DNA of 30,599 bases from Candidatus Thalassarchaeaceae archaeon (GTDB lineage: Archaea > Thermoplasmatota > Poseidoniia > Poseidoniales > Thalassarchaeaceae): contig JAQXFA010000136.1 in the NCBI GenBank assembly GCA_029250565.1, positions 1-30,599 of the forward strand, read 5' to 3'. The first letter of the stretch is position 1. The number at the start of each line of letters is the position of its first letter. Made by a program: the position numbers and the translations under genes. Shown here piece after piece: positions 25,653-30,599 of this stretch. The notes under the pieces were generated by a model. The model ran no database searches. It worked only from the letters and a program-made list of their open reading frames with translations, and was not told the DNA's origin.

Positions 25653-26348
25653 ATGTCAGGTTCGTACATTCTTCCAAACATTTCTTCGATAAATAACCCT
25701 CTAAGGTTGGGTGTTTTGATTTCAGGTTCAGGCTCTGGTTTAGAAGCGCTTTTACAACACCAAGAATCAAATGATTGTTCTCATGAAACAGTTGTTGTAA
25801 TTTCGGATCAACCTGCAGTTAAAGGATTAGATAGAGCAGCCAAACACGGAGTTGTTGGAATTTGTGTTCCATTACAACCTAGAAGTGATTTCGAAGTTGG
25901 TTCTAGTGGTGCCCGCGCTCGTAGATTGGCACACGAACAGGCTGTTGCCAAAGTTCTAGATGAATACCAAGTTGAAATGATAGTTTGTAGTGGATACATG
26001 CGAATTTTGACTGAGAATTTTTTGGCTCCCCGATTAGGCAGAGTGGTAAACATTCATCCTAGTCCGTGGGGTGATGATGGCGCCCTATTCCCGGGCGCTC
26101 ATGGAGTTAGAGATACATTGGCCGCGGGAGCTACTACAGCGGGAGCGTCGGTGCACTTCGTGAGTGCAGGTGTTGATGATGGCCCACTAATCGCTAGTGA
26201 AACCACCGCTATTCAATCAGGAGAAGGAGAGAGCTCTCTTGGAGAGCGAGTGAGAGCGGAGATAGAACACCATCTCTATCCAACAGTAATTGATGCACTC
26301 GCTGAAGGCCGAGTAGTTTCAGATGGTAACCGTTTTCGAATTAATTAA
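25653..26348 (+). CDS. purN: Phosphoribosylglycinamide formyltransferase
   Basis: LGVLISGSGS, GYMRIL, VNIHPS (catalytic Asn/His), GASVHFV, GVDDGPLI (catalytic Asp), EHHLYP. Confidence 0.93.
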   Translation: MSGSYILPNISSINNPLRLGVLISGSGSGLEALLQHQESNDCSHETVVVISDQPAVKGLDRAAKHGVVGICVPLQPRSDFEVGSSGARARRLAHEQAVAKVLDEYQVEMIVCSGYMRILTENFLAPRLGRVVNIHPSPWGDDGALFPGAHGVRDTLAAGATTAGASVHFVSAGVDDGPLIASETTAIQSGEGESSLGERVRAEIEHHLYPTVIDALAEGRVVSDGNRFRIN

Positions 26349-27003
26349 GAAATTCCATGTCCTCTTTTGAGTTAACATTCGTGAAACAATGATTTGTAAT
26401 CCCCGCCTCTTTCCAATCAGTCGGTCCGACCTCAACCACACCCATCTTAGAAATCACTTGGTGTGCTGCCATGTTAATGTCGTTGAGGGCAGTATTGAGT
26501 GCATCAGTCTTGGCGCAGAATAACAAAGGCTCAATACCAGATTCAGATCGGATAACTGCACAATCATTACTCTTTGACAAATTACTATACAAGAGAGGAA
26601 ATAGTTGCGAGCGAATGAATGGCACATCACAAGGCACAATCTGTACTGTTTCCCATCCAAGTTGATGTGCAACTTTGACTGCCCCACTCATTCCTCTGAC
26701 CGCAGAGTTCTGATTTTGATTCAAATCCTCGTCAAATACAATCCTCATTACTAATGTATTTCCATCAATATTTGGCGGCCAATTCTGGTTTTTTTGCTGT
26801 AAGGTTTGTATGACATCAGTAGCTTGCTCTTGGTTTTTAAATGAGAGAATTACTTGAAGAATACCAGATTTTTGTAGTGCTTTTACAACTCGTAAAAGCA
26901 TCGCTTCCCCTTCTATCTCAATCAAAGCCTTTGGTTCACCCATTCTGCTTGAGGGGCCACCAGTGAGAATTATTGCCCCTTCAGCGACAGTTTGCTTTAC
27001 CAT
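26341..27003 (-). CDS. mobA: Molybdenum cofactor guanylyltransferase
   Basis: IILTGGPSSRMGEPKAL, VPCDVPF, IEPL, FTNVNSKED. Confidence 0.85.
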   Translation of the reverse strand: MVKQTVAEGAIILTGGPSSRMGEPKALIEIEGEAMLLRVVKALQKSGILQVILSFKNQEQATDVIQTLQQKNQNWPPNIDGNTLVMRIVFDEDLNQNQNSAVRGMSGAVKVAHQLGWETVQIVPCDVPFIRSQLFPLLYSNLSKSNDCAVIRSESGIEPLLFCAKTDALNTALNDINMAAHQVISKMGVVEVGPTDWKEAGITNHCFTNVNSKEDMEFLN

Positions 27004-27207
27004 TCATTCAACCTCAGCGATTCGGTTGACAGCATATTCCAATTCTTCCATCAAACTGTTGGCACGCTGTAAAATTGCTAATCGGTCTCGTCTAGTTTGA
27101 GCCGAAGGCAACCATTCTAGCAGTTTTGTAATGTCTGTGGCATTTCTATCTAACAGATATTCAAGAGCCGCTAATGCAATAGGGTCCTCTGGCTCAAGAA
27201 AACGCAT
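27004..27207 (-). CDS. Small hypothetical helical protein
   Basis: 67 aa. Its TGA abuts the mobA ATG (TGAATG); host-like codon use. Confidence 0.65.
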   Translation of the reverse strand: MRFLEPEDPIALAALEYLLDRNATDITKLLEWLPSAQTRRDRLAILQRANSLMEELEYAVNRIAEVE

Positions 27208-27263
27208 GTACCGCCGTAGAGGCTAGTCTTCATGTTCATTTTGGCTGTTAAGCCGTTTTTCGG

Positions 27264-27761
27264 CTAATTTTTCTCATCTCGTTTTGGGCGCAGAGAATCA
27301 AACATTCTACCAACGAGGTCAACAACTCCCCCCAAATCATCTTTGACTTTTTGAAGAAGTTTAGGGTCATCACTTTCTTCTAGTGAATCTTTCAATATCT
27401 CAATAGCGAGTTCATGTTCTTTGTCTGTAATTCGTAAACTAGATCGTAAAATAGCGATTACCGCCATTTCATCATGGCTCAATGAAGAGTTCACAAAAGC
27501 AGTTTCAAACATCTCTTCATAGATTTGTATTCTTTCGTTTTTATTGATGATTTCACCACCATCAACAACTTCACCTGTAATCACCGAATTGTAAATCTCC
27601 CCTGGAACATTTTTCAAATCATTTTCTTTCTTAAAAAGAAGAATTGCTAATCTAGTAGCTAACCGCTGTTCTTCCCGTGTAAGAACCCCATCGCGTAGAA
27701 GGACTCCAATTACAGTGGCGTAAACTTCACGAGTTCGCACCGGGCCTTCGCCTGTGGGCAT
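27264..27761 (-). CDS. Hypothetical protein, possible TerB-like fold
   Basis: LLRDGVLTREEQRL and a second SSLSHDEMAVI repeat resemble TerB-type helical repeats. Confidence 0.55.
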   Translation of the reverse strand: MPTGEGPVRTREVYATVIGVLLRDGVLTREEQRLATRLAILLFKKENDLKNVPGEIYNSVITGEVVDGGEIINKNERIQIYEEMFETAFVNSSLSHDEMAVIAILRSSLRITDKEHELAIEILKDSLEESDDPKLLQKVKDDLGGVVDLVGRMFDSLRPKRDEKN

Positions 27762-27845
27762 ATTATGACCACGTCCGCTTCACCTTTTCACTTTGACTAA
27801 AGGTCCGGTGGGTTCTTGAAGGAAGGGTAGTTCGGCCAATTTACA

Positions 27846-27930
27846 GGTTCACCTGTCCCAATCACCGGGCGCATAGGCGCTCGATTCCGAGAAAAACGGC
27901 CCCAGTGGTGGGGCGGGGTATACCTAAGGA
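27846..27930 (+). promoter_or_regulatory. Candidate structured 5' leader of dnaG
   Basis: GC-rich hairpins at 27866-27883 and 27899-27914. TTGAA at 27816-27820 would put a transcription start near 27846 (inference). Confidence 0.4.
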
Positions 27931-29097
27931 ATGAGAAAAATGAAAGAATCAGGCAATGCAAAATACATGATTAGAGTCAGCGTCAAACTTGATGGCCAAG
28001 CTCGTAGAAAAGACATCATCGGTGCTATTTTTGGGCAAACAGAGGGATTAATGCCAGAAGCACTAGATTTGAGAAAACTACAGCGTTCTGGGCGCATCGG
28101 GCATATTGATGTTAATTTAGATAGCAATAAGGGAAAAGTTAGCGGAGTAATTGAAATCCCATCTTCTCTTGAGAATGTAGAGAGTGCAATTATTGGCGCT
28201 GCTCTTGAAACAATAGAAAGAATTGGACCGGCGGCTTCACAATTGAAGGTGCTTGAAATATCTAACATTCGTTCTTCTAAGAGAACTTCAATGGTTGATC
28301 GTGCAAAGGATATTCTTCTTGATATCGTCAAACAACGCGACACAGAAGCAGATAATTTGATTGATGAAGTTCGCAGTGTGTTAACAACTAGCGAAGTTAC
28401 TACCTACAAAGATACAGGTATGACATGTGGACCAAACATTGAATCCAGTGACTCGTTGATTATTGTTGAAGGCCGCAACGATGTCTTAAATTTGGCATCA
28501 TGTGGAATAAAGAACGTAATAGCAGTAATGGGCGCTGGAATTGACGATGCATTGGTTGAATTAGTTGAGAATAAATCAATGGTGAAAGCATTCTTGGATG
28601 GCGACCGCGGTGGCCGAATGATTGCATTAGAATTATCAGGAGTACTTGGTAATAAATTAACTCACATTGCATTTGCTCCAGAAAGCCGAGAAGTTGAACA
28701 CTTAGAAAAGAAAGTAATTGGTAAGCATCTAGGTCAAGCAGAGGAAGCAAAGCGAGTCATCACTAGAATTGAAAAATCAGAAGGTGAGGTCACCAGCACA
28801 TCAGAGAAAATAGAAATTCCTGATGAAGTCAAAGAATGGGCTGGTAATATGCCCAAGAAGGCAAATCAGGCAGTCTTCATTCTAGAAGATGGTTCAGTTT
28901 CTGACGCGGATGGTGTCAAAGATACAATCGCTCAAGCAGGTGAAACAGAAGGTGTCCAAGCCCTAGTCATCAAGACAAAGGCAACAACATCATTGTGGGA
29001 AATGGTAGCAGAGAGTGGAATTAACATCGTGATTGTACCAAAAATGGATGTTAAGGCGCCAGAAGATGTGACTGTATACGCAACATCTGATTTCTGA
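27931..29097 (+). CDS. dnaG: Archaeal DnaG-type primase / exosome-associated protein
   Basis: Archaeal DnaG N-terminus (KDIIGAIFGQTEGL, LQRSGRIGHI), TOPRIM motifs IIVEGRNDV and FLDGDRGG, EVEHL. Start may be 27931 or 27940. Confidence 0.94.
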   Translation: MRKMKESGNAKYMIRVSVKLDGQARRKDIIGAIFGQTEGLMPEALDLRKLQRSGRIGHIDVNLDSNKGKVSGVIEIPSSLENVESAIIGAALETIERIGPAASQLKVLEISNIRSSKRTSMVDRAKDILLDIVKQRDTEADNLIDEVRSVLTTSEVTTYKDTGMTCGPNIESSDSLIIVEGRNDVLNLASCGIKNVIAVMGAGIDDALVELVENKSMVKAFLDGDRGGRMIALELSGVLGNKLTHIAFAPESREVEHLEKKVIGKHLGQAEEAKRVITRIEKSEGEVTSTSEKIEIPDEVKEWAGNMPKKANQAVFILEDGSVSDADGVKDTIAQAGETEGVQALVIKTKATTSLWEMVAESGINIVIVPKMDVKAPEDVTVYATSDF

Positions 29098-29148
29098 AAT
29101 ATCAAATATTCCAATCACTCATAAGTAAAATTGCCTAGCATTATTTTC

Positions 29149-30599
29149 ATGCAAGAGGCTCCACCACCTCAAAACACCGAACAAACAACCCCTGCACAAG
29201 TTGCACCAGCATCCACAGCCTTGCAAGATAGTGCAATTGGTGGTAATGTTCACACAGGTGATGTGATTTATAATCATCAAAATCTAGTTGCACCAAAACC
29301 CGAAATACCTATTTCAAATTTGATTAATATTGGATTGATATGTTTAGCATTGATAATGGTTTCAATTAGCCTTTTTAGTGAATCTTGGATTGTTCAAAAC
29401 CAAGAAATTTTAGGCACTGAAATGGAAAGCCGTATGGGTTTAGACGACACTAGCATTACTACTTGCGACTCAGATGGGGATTGTGAATCGGAAGAAAACG
29501 ACATCAGCGAGCAATATGATGAATGCAAGAAAGAAATGGATGAATGGGAAAATTCTGATTGGGATTTAGGTGAATACCCATTCAAAGAATATTGTGAAGC
29601 AATTGGTAGTCAAGCCACAGCTGGTTTTGTTGGTACAATTGCGTTTGCCGGTTCAGTTTTGTTCCTTTTAGTAGCAGGGGTTCTTTTGCTTCTTGGGGTA
29701 CTTGGGAAAAATATTCCATTTGTTAATTATTCACCTCTTTTACCAGGTGCTCTAATTTTTATTGGCTTTGCTTTATGGGAACTGATTCTTCCTGCTGTAA
29801 ATGGCGATTACGGATGGGCTGCTAAATTGACATTATTTTCAGGTGTGATTGCTTGTTATGTTGGTGTCAATCCAGTATTAGACAAAATACATGCATCAAA
29901 TGGTTTAGCATCTTTCTTTTCCGATAATAGATTCGAATTAATTTCGAAATTAAAGTTGGTTTGGTTTGGTTTGACCATTTTTGGTTTATTTTTGCTATTT
30001 TTCACCCCAATAATTGGGTTGCCCCTAATGCTCTTTGGTTTATTATTATCTTTCATTAATTTCGCAGATCCTAAATTATTGACTGAACAAACAGAGCATG
30101 GGGAACAAAGAATGCTATTATTGCAATTTGGCAGAAACCATGGTAAGCCAGTTGAGGAATCACCTCAACCCGCTGCACCAGTACCGGTTGTACAAACCCC
30201 ACTACCCACTGCACCGGTACCAGATGTGCAAACTCCACCACCCGCACCATCTCCTGTAGTAGCGACACCACCCACCCCATCACCACAACTTGAACCTGAA
30301 CCACCTACGTTAGAGGAAGCAAAACCTTCAGTCCCTGAAACTCAAGAAATTGTAGAAGATGTAGATTGGCCAGAAGTAGCGAGTGAGGTTAAAACACCAG
30401 TTGTGGATGAAGTAGAAGAAGTAGTGGATGAGGGACCAGAAGTAGCGAGTACTATTGTTGAAGAAGAAATTGTAGAAGAGGCCCCAAAACCCTCAACAGA
30501 AACAATACCACCAGCACCGGCACCACCTACAACGGCTTTACCACCTGCTCCAGCACCACCACCTACACCAATGGTGGTACCAGCAGCACCTGCACCACC
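29149..30599 (+). CDS. Multi-pass membrane protein with Cys-containing extracellular loop and long Pro/Glu-rich tail (3' truncated; absent from ORF track)
   Basis: Manually translated open frame from ATG 29149 to the window end with no stop: MQEAPPPQ...; about six hydrophobic segments followed by a low-complexity P/A/E/V tail. Confidence 0.88.
   Translation, partial: MQEAPPPQNTEQTTPAQVAPASTALQDSAIGGNVHTGDVIYNHQNLVAPKPEIPISNLINIGLICLALIMVSISLFSESWIVQNQEILGTEMESRMGLDDTSITTCDSDGDCESEENDISEQYDECKKEMDEWENSDWDLGEYPFKEYCEAIGSQATAGFVGTIAFAGSVLFLLVAGVLLLLGVLGKNIPFVNYSPLLPGALIFIGFALWELILPAVNGDYGWAAKLTLFSGVIACYVGVNPVLDKIHASNGLASFFSDNRFELISKLKLVWFGLTIFGLFLLFFTPIIGLPLMLFGLLLSFINFADPKLLTEQTEHGEQRMLLLQFGRNHGKPVEESPQPAAPVPVVQTPLPTAPVPDVQTPPPAPSPVVATPPTPSPQLEPEPPTLEEAKPSVPETQEIVEDVDWPEVASEVKTPVVDEVEEVVDEGPEVASTIVEEEIVEEAPKPSTETIPPAPAPPTTALPPAPAPPPTPMVVPAAPAP

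Noticed and set aside
27800-27930. SRP RNA or other known ncRNA upstream of dnaG (GGAAGGG present)
   Set aside because: Far too short for archaeal 7S RNA and no helix 8 context; kept only as a candidate leader.
766-30304. Numerous 60-143 aa ORFs antisense to or nested in real genes (e.g. 2804-3112, 8767-9198, 22270-22683, 27924-28343, 30071-30304)
   Set aside because: Shadow frames of well-supported genes with no recognisable motifs; 30071-30304 mirrors the Pro-rich repeat.
1-30599. Mobile elements, defence systems, prophage genes, rRNA
   Set aside because: No transposase, integrase, methyltransferase, nuclease-toxin, capsid or rRNA signatures were recognised.

Overview
Chromosomal window from an archaeon, most likely a marine Thermoplasmatota such as Marine Group II / Ca. 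Poseidoniales. This is an inference from archaeal-type DnaG, a group II chaperonin, a PINA-like ATPase, an archaeal tRNA-Leu without encoded CCA, GGTGA-type ribosome-binding sites and bacterial-type uvrA/purH/purN. It holds about 30 genes: Moco genes (moeA, mobA), uvrA, two purine blocks (purL-purQ; purH, purN), two peptidases (M50, M28 lipoprotein), a putative polyamine module (SpeD-like decarboxylase, bacterial-type deoxyhypusine-synthase-like protein, DDAH-like amidinohydrolase), tRNA-Leu(GAG), and an interleaved amino-sugar/glycosylation set (DegT aminotransferase, LbH acetyltransferase, Gfo/Idh/MocA dehydrogenase, GT4). It also holds a frameshifted CYTH gene, a PIN-less PINA-like ATPase behind a membrane protein, a divergent thermosome subunit, two TerB-like proteins, dnaG, and a partial membrane protein missing from the ORF track that has a claudin/PMP22-like signature. 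No CRISPR array, transposase or integrase was seen. The strongest candidates for an undescribed system are the polyamine module, the PIN-less ATPase plus membrane partner, and the claudin-like protein. All family calls come from motif recognition by eye; no searches were run. Several start codons were moved from the ORF track using overlaps, RBS and promoter spacing.
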